64,000 nt of DNA from a virus. This document shows positions 18,353 through 27,396 of this stretch, one piece after another. The DNA lies in the IMG/VR virus record IMGVR_UViG_3300030419_007641, positions 96,001-160,000 of that record; one strand, 5' to 3'. Under the pieces are notes generated by a model, which was not told the origin of the DNA, searched no databases, and worked only from the letters and a program-made list of their open reading frames with translations. The position numbers and the translations under genes were made by a program. Every line of letters begins with the position of its first letter. Within the stretch, counting starts at the first letter, position 1.

Positions 18353-19195
18353 TTAAAGGTCCTTAAGAAGATCATCAATATCATCTTCAACAGAATCTCC
18401 ACTAGTTGTAGTAGAGGCTAACTCAGGTTCAGGCTCAATAGGAGTTACATCCACTGCGGGGTCAGGTAGAGCTGGTGTACTATCTTCCGTTTTACAGTAG
18501 TAATGCTCATTAAGCATTTCTTTAAGCTCATCAAATGTCTTTAAAGTAAATACTTCACTTAAATTAAAAACGTTATCATAAATATCTTTTTGCTCATCTT
18601 CTGAAAGATCGATTTTACCCGCAGTAGTGAACCGGGAAGAAACATAAGTTGGATAATCTCCTTGCTGCTCAACTTTAATCTTAAAGTTTACACCTTCTGA
18701 TCCAAGATCAAAAATACGAGCACCAAACTCTTCAGCATCTTCACCTTCAATAGCCTCGGTAATAATTTTTTGAAGCTGTTTACCATAACGAAGGAGCTTA
18801 ACTTTACCGTTATTTTCAGGATTGGAAGGATCATCTACAACATACACATTTACCAACCACTTTTCAAGTCGGCGAACTGCACTCATTTTTTCCTTTTCCT
18901 CTTCTGTACCGGTGCGAAGAACGCGAAAACGCTCTTCAGCAATTGGATCACGATCTCCAAAGGTTTGCGGACTTAAAGTCTGAACATATTGTCCTGTTGC
19001 ATAAGATACCCATCCATGGTTGTAAAAATGAAAAAAGGTTTTACTTGGATCTTTGGCATATGGCAATAATCTTACCGTGTAAGTATTACCAGGCTTGGTC
19101 TGCATAATTTCGTTAAACGTTGCTGACCCTTTACTCTCGGAACTTGCTAAAGCATCCTTAATTGACTGAAACATTGATGTATTAAACGCACTCAT
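18353..19195 (-). CDS. single-stranded DNA-binding protein (T4 gp32-like)
   Basis: VRLLP...FYNHG, NVYVVDDPSNPENNGKVKLLRYGKQL, GVNFKIKV, acidic tail DDIDDLLKDL. Confidence 0.93.
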   Translation of the reverse strand: MSAFNTSMFQSIKDALASSESKGSATFNEIMQTKPGNTYTVRLLPYAKDPSKTFFHFYNHGWVSYATGQYVQTLSPQTFGDRDPIAEERFRVLRTGTEEEKEKMSAVRRLEKWLVNVYVVDDPSNPENNGKVKLLRYGKQLQKIITEAIEGEDAEEFGARIFDLGSEGVNFKIKVEQQGDYPTYVSSRFTTAGKIDLSEDEQKDIYDNVFNLSEVFTLKTFDELKEMLNEHYYCKTEDSTPALPDPAVDVTPIEPEPELASTTTSGDSVEDDIDDLLKDL

Positions 19196-19204
19196 ATCTT
19201 AATT

Positions 19205-19233
19205 ATAGGTACATACAAAACTAATTCAACGGT
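19205..19233 (-). promoter_or_regulatory. sigma70-like promoter for gp32
   Basis: Minus strand reads gTTGAAT-N16-TATAAT-taagat-ATG. Confidence 0.65.
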
Positions 19234-19238
19234 TTTTT

Positions 19239-19535
19239 TCATAACTTTATATTTGAGTTAGAATTTAAAAATTTTGTAATATATTTTGATTTTGTAATAG
19301 ATGGTTCAAAATCTATGAATAATTTGATCATTTCATAGTTGCTTTCGAGAGTTAAAAGCTCTTTTAAAATAGCTCTTAATTTTTTTTCTTGTAAAACTAG
19401 AATAAATATGTTCTGTAATGAAAGCTTTTTGCCTTTAAGCATAGTACAGAACGTACAAAAACATAATAGTAGATGCTCTGTTTCATCATGTATTAGAGTT
19501 TTAGACGGGTTAGGAGATATATTACTTATTAACAC
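19239..19535 (-). CDS. hypothetical protein
   Basis: 98-aa ORF between the DHH and gp32 genes. Confidence 0.65.
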   Translation of the reverse strand: MLISNISPNPSKTLIHDETEHLLLCFCTFCTMLKGKKLSLQNIFILVLQEKKLRAILKELLTLESNYEMIKLFIDFEPSITKSKYITKFLNSNSNIKL

Positions 19536-20401
19536 GGTAAAAATGTTTTGGTTAAGTTAGCAAATTGTTCAGTAAGCGCTCCTCCACCAGCTGCGGCATA
19601 GCCACCGCCATTACATAGATTTTTAGCCAGTATACTTACATCGACATCACATTGTTTATGTCTTCTAAATGAAACTGTCTTTGCTTTAGTATTTACAACA
19701 ATACCAATATCAGCAGCATGCTTATTAATTAAAAAATGAGCTACCTCGTTAACTGCATAATCACCAAACGTTGCAATCACATTATAATTTTTAATTTTAC
19801 CTTTAAATACTTGAGCATTTTGTATTTGCTCCTTGAACTTTTTAAAGAATAACTTTACAGAATTTTTTTCTAAAACAGTATACTCCCTAAACCCGGTAAA
19901 AAAAGAGTCTATAAATTTTTCAGCTTTTGGATTGTTTAGACCTCTATGTATAGCGTTTAACTTTAAAGAATCAATATTGTGGATATTGTAAGCATCATAC
20001 TCATTAATAATATTAACTAATTGCTGCTGTTTGTTACTTAAGTTAAGCGCTGCTTCAAATTTTTTGCAAACTAGTCCCGTACAAGAAGAAAATTCCTCTA
20101 TAATAGGTTTTGCATTTTTATATAAATGCTTATTTTTGACGTGAGCTATATGATGGTCAATTACAACTACGTTTGATTTATCAACTACCTCAATAACTTC
20201 CGGTGTAAGATCTAAATCTAGAATAAAAATTTTATCGTAATGATCGAGTGTTCCTAATACCCCTTTAAACTTACCAGATATCGTTGATTCAGAAACTTCA
20301 TTGATTAAAAATGTTTTAGCTTTAGAGCCATATAACCATTTTATAATTAATGCCGCACCAGTACCATCCAGATCATTATCAGTCCATACTAATATATTCA
20401 C
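19529..20401 (-). CDS. DHH/DHHA1 family phosphoesterase
   Basis: DNDLDG, ILDLD, IDHH, and C-terminal GGGYAAAGG. GTG start with TATAAATA (minus) at 20410-20417. Confidence 0.88.
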   Translation of the reverse strand: MNILVWTDNDLDGTGAALIIKWLYGSKAKTFLINEVSESTISGKFKGVLGTLDHYDKIFILDLDLTPEVIEVVDKSNVVVIDHHIAHVKNKHLYKNAKPIIEEFSSCTGLVCKKFEAALNLSNKQQQLVNIINEYDAYNIHNIDSLKLNAIHRGLNNPKAEKFIDSFFTGFREYTVLEKNSVKLFFKKFKEQIQNAQVFKGKIKNYNVIATFGDYAVNEVAHFLINKHAADIGIVVNTKAKTVSFRRHKQCDVDVSILAKNLCNGGGYAAAGGGALTEQFANLTKTFLPC

Positions 20402-20426
20402 TTTTATCCTATTTATAAGGAACTAT

Positions 20427-21734
20427 TTATGTTGCAAGCCCGGCTAACATATTAAGGGTGTCATCCATACCCTCATCAATTTCAATATCATCAGCTTGAT
20501 CAATAGTAAGAGTAGAATAATCAATTCTCATTGCCTGTGTTATTCCTCTCGGACCATATCGATTTTTCATCATACCTAACCGTATAATTCCAATTCCTCT
20601 ATCTTCTTCATTTTGAAAAATCGATATGATAGCATCAGCAGTAGCTGCTAATCCAATGGATTCTGAAATAGTTGCTAAGTCAGGGTTATCAGTGTCAAAT
20701 CCTGCTCTATTTAACTGCGTAGCTGAAATAATGGGGCAGTTAAACAAGTAGCTCATTGCGCGCACTTGTTCAGTTACATGCTTAATACGCTCATATGAGT
20801 TATTACCTACTGAAGAATGCATTAAGTTAAGGTAGTCTAGTACAATTGCATCTAGCTTAATGCCCTGCTCTTCAAATTTTTTTACAAATGCTTTTAATTG
20901 ATTAGCGGTAATAGTAGCTGGAGGAAACTCCTTAATAAATATTTTACCTCCTTGATTATTCATAGCCTGTTTAATACTTGGTGTATTATCAGCCATTTGT
21001 TTCATTGGGATTTTTGTTACATTACTACAAATGCGCCGGGCATATAGTAACTCAGACATCTCAAGTGTAACTAACAAGACATTTTTACCTTGCTCAGCTA
21101 TATTACTAGCAATATTACCGAGAAAAATAGACTTACCAATATTAGTCTCCCCAGCAAATACATATAAAGCTTTCCCGGCTTCTAAAAACCCTCCACCTAA
21201 ACTATTATCTAGCCATTCCCATTTACTTGGTACATATCTTTCAACAGAGTTAAGATCATCGATAAGCTTATCAACATCGCCATATAATTCTAGCCCTAAA
21301 TCAGTTACCAAATTTATGTTACATGACTTTTCAAATTTATCTAAAACAACAGATGTATCAACTTCACCACTTGATACATCTTCAGCGACATTTAGCATTG
21401 TATGATATACAGCTTTCTCTTTTAGAAAGCGTTCCGTATTATCATAAAGCTCTTCTTTATCTAAATTTTTATCAATATCATTAAATGACTTAACTAAACC
21501 TTTAAACGATTCCTTTTGCTCGTCTGATACCAAATACGACTTAATTTCCGTAGTTGTAGGTAGTTTATTTCGCTTTTCGGTAAAGTCTTTAATTATATCA
21601 AAAATACTAGCAATTGCTTTATCCTTAAAATATTCAGGCTTAACAAAGTCGGCAATAGAAGCAAGGTACCCACTATCCGTAAGAGACTTATAAATAAGAA
21701 TATTTTCGAAATAATCTAAGTCTAACTTACTCAC
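20427..21734 (-). CDS. replicative DNA helicase (T4 gp41/DnaB-like)
   Basis: Walker A GETNIGKS, TLEM, Walker B VLDYL, ATQLNR, SESIG, MKNRYG. Confidence 0.95.
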   Translation of the reverse strand: MSKLDLDYFENILIYKSLTDSGYLASIADFVKPEYFKDKAIASIFDIIKDFTEKRNKLPTTTEIKSYLVSDEQKESFKGLVKSFNDIDKNLDKEELYDNTERFLKEKAVYHTMLNVAEDVSSGEVDTSVVLDKFEKSCNINLVTDLGLELYGDVDKLIDDLNSVERYVPSKWEWLDNSLGGGFLEAGKALYVFAGETNIGKSIFLGNIASNIAEQGKNVLLVTLEMSELLYARRICSNVTKIPMKQMADNTPSIKQAMNNQGGKIFIKEFPPATITANQLKAFVKKFEEQGIKLDAIVLDYLNLMHSSVGNNSYERIKHVTEQVRAMSYLFNCPIISATQLNRAGFDTDNPDLATISESIGLAATADAIISIFQNEEDRGIGIIRLGMMKNRYGPRGITQAMRIDYSTLTIDQADDIEIDEGMDDTLNMLAGLAT

Positions 21735-21752
21735 ACCTTATAGTATATTATT

Positions 21753-22406
21753 TTATTTTGATTTCCACTTATTAAGAAACCATTCCTGCCCTTTATTAAA
21801 TTCATCAGTAAAAGATGTCAATCCGGGTGAATTATGAGTAACTAAAATATCACCAACACCCAATTTAAAGCCGGCTTTATGACACTGCATAGAATAGTCT
21901 AAATCGTAAAAGTGCCATTTTGAAGGACAGCTTTCATCAAATCGTATCTTTTCAAATACCTTTCTTTTTATAGCGAGAAATACCCCATCTAGTAATACCA
22001 CGCGTTTAGGGTAGGGGCCAAATGCAGTCATGTGCTTTTCATCTGTATCACCGTGTGCTACTGCTCCAAACAAATTACCAGAACCAAAGCCACCACCCAT
22101 TAAATGCCACAGCGCGGGTTTTTCAAGCTTTACCTCCGTCGTACCAGCACACCCCACTACATCAAATTTTTGTAACTGTTGTTCTAATCGTTCTTCTGAA
22201 AAATTCTCTAAAATTACGTCATCATGAACAAGTACTAAATTATCTATCTCATTCTCTAACGCAAAATCGATAGCTTTGTTGTAAGTTTTATGTAGAGACT
22301 CTTTATTACCCTCCTTAATAAAAAATGGAGTTTTACCATCATCTGTTTTATATAAAAGGGACTCCCCCTTTTTACTAGGCGTCGCTGAAAAAATAAATGT
22401 TTTCAT
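21753..22406 (-). CDS. GT-A (GT2-like) glycosyltransferase
   Basis: LVHDDV, LDGVFLA, WHFYDLDYS. Confidence 0.8.
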   Translation of the reverse strand: MKTFIFSATPSKKGESLLYKTDDGKTPFFIKEGNKESLHKTYNKAIDFALENEIDNLVLVHDDVILENFSEERLEQQLQKFDVVGCAGTTEVKLEKPALWHLMGGGFGSGNLFGAVAHGDTDEKHMTAFGPYPKRVVLLDGVFLAIKRKVFEKIRFDESCPSKWHFYDLDYSMQCHKAGFKLGVGDILVTHNSPGLTSFTDEFNKGQEWFLNKWKSK

Positions 22407-23065
22407 ACAAATGCAAATGGCGAGTTATATTCAAAGGTCCCGGCTTTATTCCACCTTTTTGTTTTCTTATTTAACTTCATAATAACCCCTTCAGGTAGTA
22501 ATTTGTACCCAGCGCCGGGCATTGTAGAGTAATTCCCTTTATTATTATAGTGAAGTAATGATCCAGACCTGGCTATATAAATGTCATTAGTGAAACAATG
22601 TAACATACTTAAAGCATATGTACCTTTTAACAGTTGCAATGATTGCTTAATAATTGCCACCGGGTCTTTATTTGAACGAGTAAATTTTTCAAGCAGCTCT
22701 ACTATAACTGCAGTATCAACCGGATTTTCTAGGAACTTTGCTTCTTTCCTTCTTAGTTTTTTATCATTTGTCAATACACCATTATGACTAACTAGCCACG
22801 TCATAGATTCAAATGGATGAGACGTATTATAGCTCCACTCTCTCTTAGCTGACGTAGGTGCCTGTACATGCCCAAGAAGATATTCCACATTATCTTTACC
22901 GGCGTAATTAAATTTATCAAAATTTATGTCACCTTCTTGTTTTGCAACAAACTGATCTTCATCTGCTAAGCATACAACACTGCTAGCAAAGTTGCCCCGT
23001 TCTTTGTTAGCTTCATATAAAACCTCAAACATCGTTTTGTCAAATGATCCAAAAATAGCGCACAT
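22403..23065 (-). CDS. class II (Ntn) glutamine amidotransferase
   Basis: N-terminal nucleophile Cys2 (MCAIFG), GHVQAPT, HPF, SHNGVLTN, VDT. Confidence 0.88.
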   Translation of the reverse strand: MCAIFGSFDKTMFEVLYEANKERGNFASSVVCLADEDQFVAKQEGDINFDKFNYAGKDNVEYLLGHVQAPTSAKREWSYNTSHPFESMTWLVSHNGVLTNDKKLRRKEAKFLENPVDTAVIVELLEKFTRSNKDPVAIIKQSLQLLKGTYALSMLHCFTNDIYIARSGSLLHYNNKGNYSTMPGAGYKLLPEGVIMKLNKKTKRWNKAGTFEYNSPFAFV

Positions 23066-23119
23066 ATAATGTAGTATAAGGTATAAGAGGGAATAATCTA
23101 TATATTTTGGCCTCTAAGA

Positions 23120-23127
23120 TATAAATA
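23120..23127 (+). promoter_or_regulatory. T4-type late promoter TATAAATA
   Basis: Exact consensus ending 6 nt before ATG 23134; a gp55-like gene is present in the window. Confidence 0.8.
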
Positions 23128-23133
23128 TATTAT

Positions 23134-24819
23134 ATGGGTTCTTTTGATTATAGCGACGATTATAGTAGTTTTGATAATTTATTAAATCGGACAACTTTAT
23201 TAACTGAAGGTGGTAGGGGTCTAGGAGGTTATCACCCCGGGTTCGGTAGATCCTTAACGAGTAGATTAAAAGATGCGGGATCAGAAGCATTTACTAGAGA
23301 CTCACGTAAATTTGTTGTGCATATATTATATGGGGCTAACATTCTTACAGACGAAGAAGAGAGTATGTTACGATCAGCTGGGCCTGCAGGGGGAAAAAAT
23401 TACAGGTTGACCTTAGTACAAATTTTAGATAATCATAAGGATGAAATTATCGAGAGAGCAGATGAAATTAGTGATGCAATAGAGGAAAGATTTCCAGCAC
23501 TAGCAAATGAGATTTTAGGTAGGGATCCTGAAAGAATAAAAAATAATATAAGTAAAAGAAAGGTAAAATTAGCCAATAAGGAAATTGAGAAAGGAATAAA
23601 AAGTGGAGAGGACCCGGTTGATGTTATCACTGATGAGATGGAAAAGGTTTTAGCTAATGCTGCTGTATATACAGCTTTAACTAATGCACAACGTAAGGTA
23701 TCAGATAGGGCATTAGATGCAGTTGAAAAATATGCGATAGAGTATGTTAATAGTTTTAGTGATTTAGATAAATTAATTAACAACTTAAAAACCAAATTTG
23801 ATGACGAGGACTTTAATATGTTAGCGGATGAGCTATCCAATAGTTTATCGAGTATAAGGAGTAATGCTGGTATTGGTGAAGATAATGAAGAGCCGGAAGA
23901 AGATCCTGATGAGCCGGATGAAGAGTTTGCAAACGCACCAGGAGGCACGCCTGGGTCTTATGCTAGGGGTGAAGAAGGAAATGAAACAACTTCCATAGTG
24001 GATAGCTTAAATAATGATATGCGGAAAAAAAGATTGCTTGTTGAAAAAAGGAAAAATTGGGGTAAGTTTAGGTCTAATAGAAGACAAAAATTGGTTGTTG
24101 AAAAAGATCTCAATGCTGCTGAAAGAAGGGCACTTCCTGATAGTGATTTTGCACTTCCTGGGAAGGGTAAAGGCCCTGAAGGTAAGCAAGCAGGTGCTTA
24201 TCCTATTAATGATGAAGACCATGCACGTAATGCACTAGCAAGGGTGGCACAGCATGGTACCCCGGAGGAAAAGAAAAAGGTTCGTGCTGCTGTTGCAAGA
24301 AAATACCCTGATATTACACAGGAAGAAGAAGAATTTAACCCCAGAAGAGATGCTCCGGAACATAAAGAAGGAGATCCACACCCTGCAACACGCGCTGGAG
24401 AAGAACTTATTGGTACAATGGTAAAATTTTGGCGAGATGGACCAATGTTCGGAGAAGTTGTTGATGTAGATGTAGAACAAGGTTTTGCAGTAGTTGAAAC
24501 CGGTTTAGGGCATATGCGGGTGGGTCCGTCGGAAAAGTGGGTTGTTGAATTAGGTGAGCTCACTAAAGCTATTCGCCGCAAGCCGCGATCCACCCAAACG
24601 CGGTTCCCGGAAACCAGGCCCGGCCGGCCAGGATTTCGCCCGGCTGAAGACAATAAAGAAAACACTCATAAAGAGTCCTACACTAGCAACTACTTAAGTG
24701 AACAAAAGAGCAGTGATAAGCGCAATATTAAGCCAAGAACTGAAAATCAGTCTTTTAAAGAGAGATACAAGCCAAAGACACATTGGCAGTTAGAAGAGCT
24801 TAGACGAATGGGCCTTTAA
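23134..24819 (+). CDS. multi-module hypothetical protein, putative head-internal (poly)protein
   Basis: 561 aa. Modules are separated by acidic tracts and include the phage-type motif RRALPDSDFALP...YPINDEDHARNALARV and a beta-rich segment. TATAAATA at 23120-23127. Confidence 0.8.
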   Translation: MGSFDYSDDYSSFDNLLNRTTLLTEGGRGLGGYHPGFGRSLTSRLKDAGSEAFTRDSRKFVVHILYGANILTDEEESMLRSAGPAGGKNYRLTLVQILDNHKDEIIERADEISDAIEERFPALANEILGRDPERIKNNISKRKVKLANKEIEKGIKSGEDPVDVITDEMEKVLANAAVYTALTNAQRKVSDRALDAVEKYAIEYVNSFSDLDKLINNLKTKFDDEDFNMLADELSNSLSSIRSNAGIGEDNEEPEEDPDEPDEEFANAPGGTPGSYARGEEGNETTSIVDSLNNDMRKKRLLVEKRKNWGKFRSNRRQKLVVEKDLNAAERRALPDSDFALPGKGKGPEGKQAGAYPINDEDHARNALARVAQHGTPEEKKKVRAAVARKYPDITQEEEEFNPRRDAPEHKEGDPHPATRAGEELIGTMVKFWRDGPMFGEVVDVDVEQGFAVVETGLGHMRVGPSEKWVVELGELTKAIRRKPRSTQTRFPETRPGRPGFRPAEDNKENTHKESYTSNYLSEQKSSDKRNIKPRTENQSFKERYKPKTHWQLEELRRMGL

Positions 24820-25583
24820 GCGCACTTTTTGCACTTATTTTCTTTATAAAGCTTATCTAACTTTTCTTGTTGGACATACTGGATAGGATCTTCAAATCCA
24901 GCATCAATAAACCCCTTAACTCTCATACTACTTGATGGAGTTGTAGCATCAGCTAATTTATCTTCTCTGTTGGAGTAGCATGTCCATGTATCCTCATATT
25001 TAACTCCTAATTTAATTCCCTTTTTAACAATTGCAGCCTTACACATACTTAACAAGGGGGCTTCGATCTCAATTCTCTTTTCTCTGTTCAAATCTGTTAA
25101 CTTGTTAATACAATTAACAAACTGTGAACTACCATCCCAATATCCAGCTAATGAATCAACTTGAGCGGCACCATACCAGACTGTATGACATCCAATACCC
25201 TCAGCATATGAAGCGCAAATTGACAAAAACATCATATTACGAAATGGTACATATGATACCGGTTGCGCATCACCTGCCATTTCACTAATATCCGGATTGT
25301 CAATACTAGTATTAGTTAAAGATGAAGTTGGAGCAATATCTTTAATATAACTTACATCTAATACCTTATTAGTAACATTTATATAATTAAATTTACTATA
25401 TTTGTCACGAAAATTACTAATTTGTTTTTGAACACACTCTAATTCTCTCTTATGCCTCTGCCCGTAATCAAAAGTTACAGTATGTATATCATTGAATCCT
25501 TGATCCGCTGCCATATACAGCAAAACTGCAGAATCCATTCCCCCACTAAGCGTTAATACTATTTTTTTCTTTCTTGTTGCCAT
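24816..25583 (-). CDS. queC: 7-cyano-7-deazaguanine synthase-like (QueC)
   Basis: PP-loop LSGGMDS, FDYGQRH, SSLT, YVPFRN, TWTCY. The canonical CxxCxxC that follows TWTCY is absent. Confidence 0.88.
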   Translation of the reverse strand: MATRKKKIVLTLSGGMDSAVLLYMAADQGFNDIHTVTFDYGQRHKRELECVQKQISNFRDKYSKFNYINVTNKVLDVSYIKDIAPTSSLTNTSIDNPDISEMAGDAQPVSYVPFRNMMFLSICASYAEGIGCHTVWYGAAQVDSLAGYWDGSSQFVNCINKLTDLNREKRIEIEAPLLSMCKAAIVKKGIKLGVKYEDTWTCYSNREDKLADATTPSSSMRVKGFIDAGFEDPIQYVQQEKLDKLYKENKCKKCA

Positions 25584-25585
25584 AT

Positions 25586-26686
25586 TTAAATTTCTAATGC
25601 TGGTTCTTCTTCTGGTATTTCTTGTTCTTCATCATTGCTATAAGACCATTCCCTTTTAATACGCTCTTCTACTTTAGGTAAAATAGTTTCTTCCCAAAGT
25701 TTTTCGTCTTTGCGCCACTTTTTATAATAACCTAACTTCTTACCATCTTCAAGCTGATAAGTTGCCCCAGTTTGAATTACTGCACCAACACCTACAGCAA
25801 GATCAACTAACCCATAATAACGATCAAGCCCAGACGCAAATGAAAGGTACATTTCACCTTCAAGGTACTGTTTAATAAATCGGTTTTTACGAGTTAGTGC
25901 TCTAATTATAATACCTGCATACTTTTTCTGACCGACTGCCAACTCTCCATCAACTGTCTTACCTCCATCCGACTTCATTGGCTTACGAGCTAGCTGTACT
26001 GTTACAGATGGAAGGTAAATGCATGATTTACCACCGGGCATATTCTTTTCAATAGAAGGAAACAATGCCGTTGGATCATCATAAACATGATTAGTGCAAA
26101 GAATTGTTGTTTGAGTAACAGATCCAAGATTAGTGCATGTCTGCATTAATGTCTTCATTGCACGTGCCTTTGTACCCATATCAGAACTAGTACTATCTTT
26201 ACCCATACGTGATAATTCAAGTTCAGATTGAAGATTAGCCAAAGAATCAATTGCTATAATAAACTTACCCTCTAATCCCTTATCCTTTACTGACATAAGG
26301 AACTTATATAACGAGTTACGTGTTTGCTCAATACTTGTACAAGGAACATACTTGACCTTACTAATATCTAATCCTAATCTTTCAGCACCCTCTGGATCAA
26401 TGGCATTTTCTGTATCAAAGATAACAGGGACTAGCCCTTCCTCCTGGGCCTTAGCTAAGATTTTTTGAACAAAAAGTGATTTACCTGTCATTGACTCACC
26501 GGCCAGCATTGTTACTCTGCCTTTAGGAATTCCACCGTGAATTGACCCAGAAATAATTGCATTTAGCACATAAGACCCCGTATCAATCCATTCTCCTACC
26601 CGGCTCAAGGTATTACTATTGAGATAAGTTGCGAAAGGGTTGACAGAATCGATAGAATCTAATGCACTAGTGATATCTTTATCCAT
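25586..26686 (-). CDS. uvsX: RecA-like recombinase UvsX
   Basis: WIDTGSYVLN, GESMTGKS, FDTE, IDSL, NHVY, MPGG. Confidence 0.95.
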   Translation of the reverse strand: MDKDITSALDSIDSVNPFATYLNSNTLSRVGEWIDTGSYVLNAIISGSIHGGIPKGRVTMLAGESMTGKSLFVQKILAKAQEEGLVPVIFDTENAIDPEGAERLGLDISKVKYVPCTSIEQTRNSLYKFLMSVKDKGLEGKFIIAIDSLANLQSELELSRMGKDSTSSDMGTKARAMKTLMQTCTNLGSVTQTTILCTNHVYDDPTALFPSIEKNMPGGKSCIYLPSVTVQLARKPMKSDGGKTVDGELAVGQKKYAGIIIRALTRKNRFIKQYLEGEMYLSFASGLDRYYGLVDLAVGVGAVIQTGATYQLEDGKKLGYYKKWRKDEKLWEETILPKVEERIKREWSYSNDEEQEIPEEEPALEI

Positions 26687-26694
26687 ATAACGGA

Positions 26695-26722
26695 TTATAA
26701 AGTATATAGTAGTAATTTCAAC
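26695..26722 (-). promoter_or_regulatory. sigma70-like promoter for uvsX
   Basis: Minus strand reads gTTGAAA-N16-TATAAT, immediately after the terminator. Confidence 0.65.
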
Positions 26723-26750
26723 AAAAAAAAAGCCCCTTTCGGGGCTTTTT
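26723..26750 (-). terminator. intrinsic (Rho-independent) terminator, probably bidirectional
   Basis: AGCCCC-tttc-GGGGCT stem (GAAA loop on the minus strand) with a 9-U tail on minus and a T-run on plus. Confidence 0.9.
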
Positions 26751-26756
26751 AAAAAG

Positions 26757-26940
26757 ATGTGAGGGAGGATTTGCTTTTTACCTCCAACTTTTGAGCCTAA
26801 CTAGTTTCTACTGTTACTCTACTCGAACTCCTCTCTCTTTGCTCATCCATTTGGACATTGCTCAAGACGGGATACCTTATACGGCTAGGAACATCGTATT
26901 ATTCGCGTCACTCACAAGGAGGGCGATCAACCCTCCCCTA
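26757..26940 (-). ncRNA. candidate structured RNA (unassigned family)
   Basis: Several complementary pairs: tgtgag/ctcaca, ttgagc/gctcaa, ggagg/cctcc, ggaggg/ccctcc. No convincing ORF. Ends at the terminator. Confidence 0.4.
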
Positions 26941-26943
26941 AAT

Positions 26944-27354
26944 TTATACTTTATATGTTTTAATATATTCTTCTTTCTTCCTACGAGGTACATCTACCTC
27001 GAGGACCCCATTAACATAAGAGAAATTAATCTTATTGAGATCAAACTCTCTTCCAACAGAGAACGACCTATTGTAGGTTTGTTCCTTTTCCCCGTCATGT
27101 GCTTTTACTTTACGCTTTGCCTTAATATAGACTTCGCGCTGATCAGTGTCTGTAGAAAGATCTAAATTATCTTTCGTAACTCCAGGTAGATCAATTTGAA
27201 CGCTTAGTGCATCTTCATCAGATGCGAATCGAACTTGATCTCCTGTTTTATAGACTTCTTCCAACTGGTGGAAGACCGGTGTCAGATTGAAAAAACCATC
27301 AAAGGCTTTTTCGATTTCTGCGATTGGGTTGTGTGTGTATTTAGTTAGTTTCAT
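26944..27354 (-). CDS. small heat-shock protein (Hsp20/alpha-crystallin)
   Basis: IDLPGV, FSYVNGVLEVDVP; TATAAATA (minus) at 27363-27370. Confidence 0.9.
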   Translation of the reverse strand: MKLTKYTHNPIAEIEKAFDGFFNLTPVFHQLEEVYKTGDQVRFASDEDALSVQIDLPGVTKDNLDLSTDTDQREVYIKAKRKVKAHDGEKEQTYNRSFSVGREFDLNKINFSYVNGVLEVDVPRRKKEEYIKTYKV

Positions 27355-27362
27355 AGTAAAAA

Positions 27363-27370
27363 TATTTATA
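27363..27370 (-). promoter_or_regulatory. T4-type late promoter TATAAATA for hsp20
   Basis: Plus-strand TATTTATA, 8 nt upstream of the hsp20 ATG. Confidence 0.75.
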
Positions 27371-27396
27371 ACACTAGATATAAATCCTACCGCTGT

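Noticed and set aside
19529-20401. DHH phosphoesterase as an anti-CBASS/cyclic-nucleotide-degrading enzyme
   Set aside because: It sits between the helicase and SSB in the core replication block. A RecJ-like or nucleotide-recycling role is more parsimonious, and nothing here links it to defence.
23433-24665. Long antisense ORFs (23433-23948, 24198-24665; similarly 17815-18249, 21031-21405, 35208-35660, 26791-27165)
   Set aside because: These are shadows of real genes or of the structured spacer, with biased Ser/Leu/Phe composition and no motifs.
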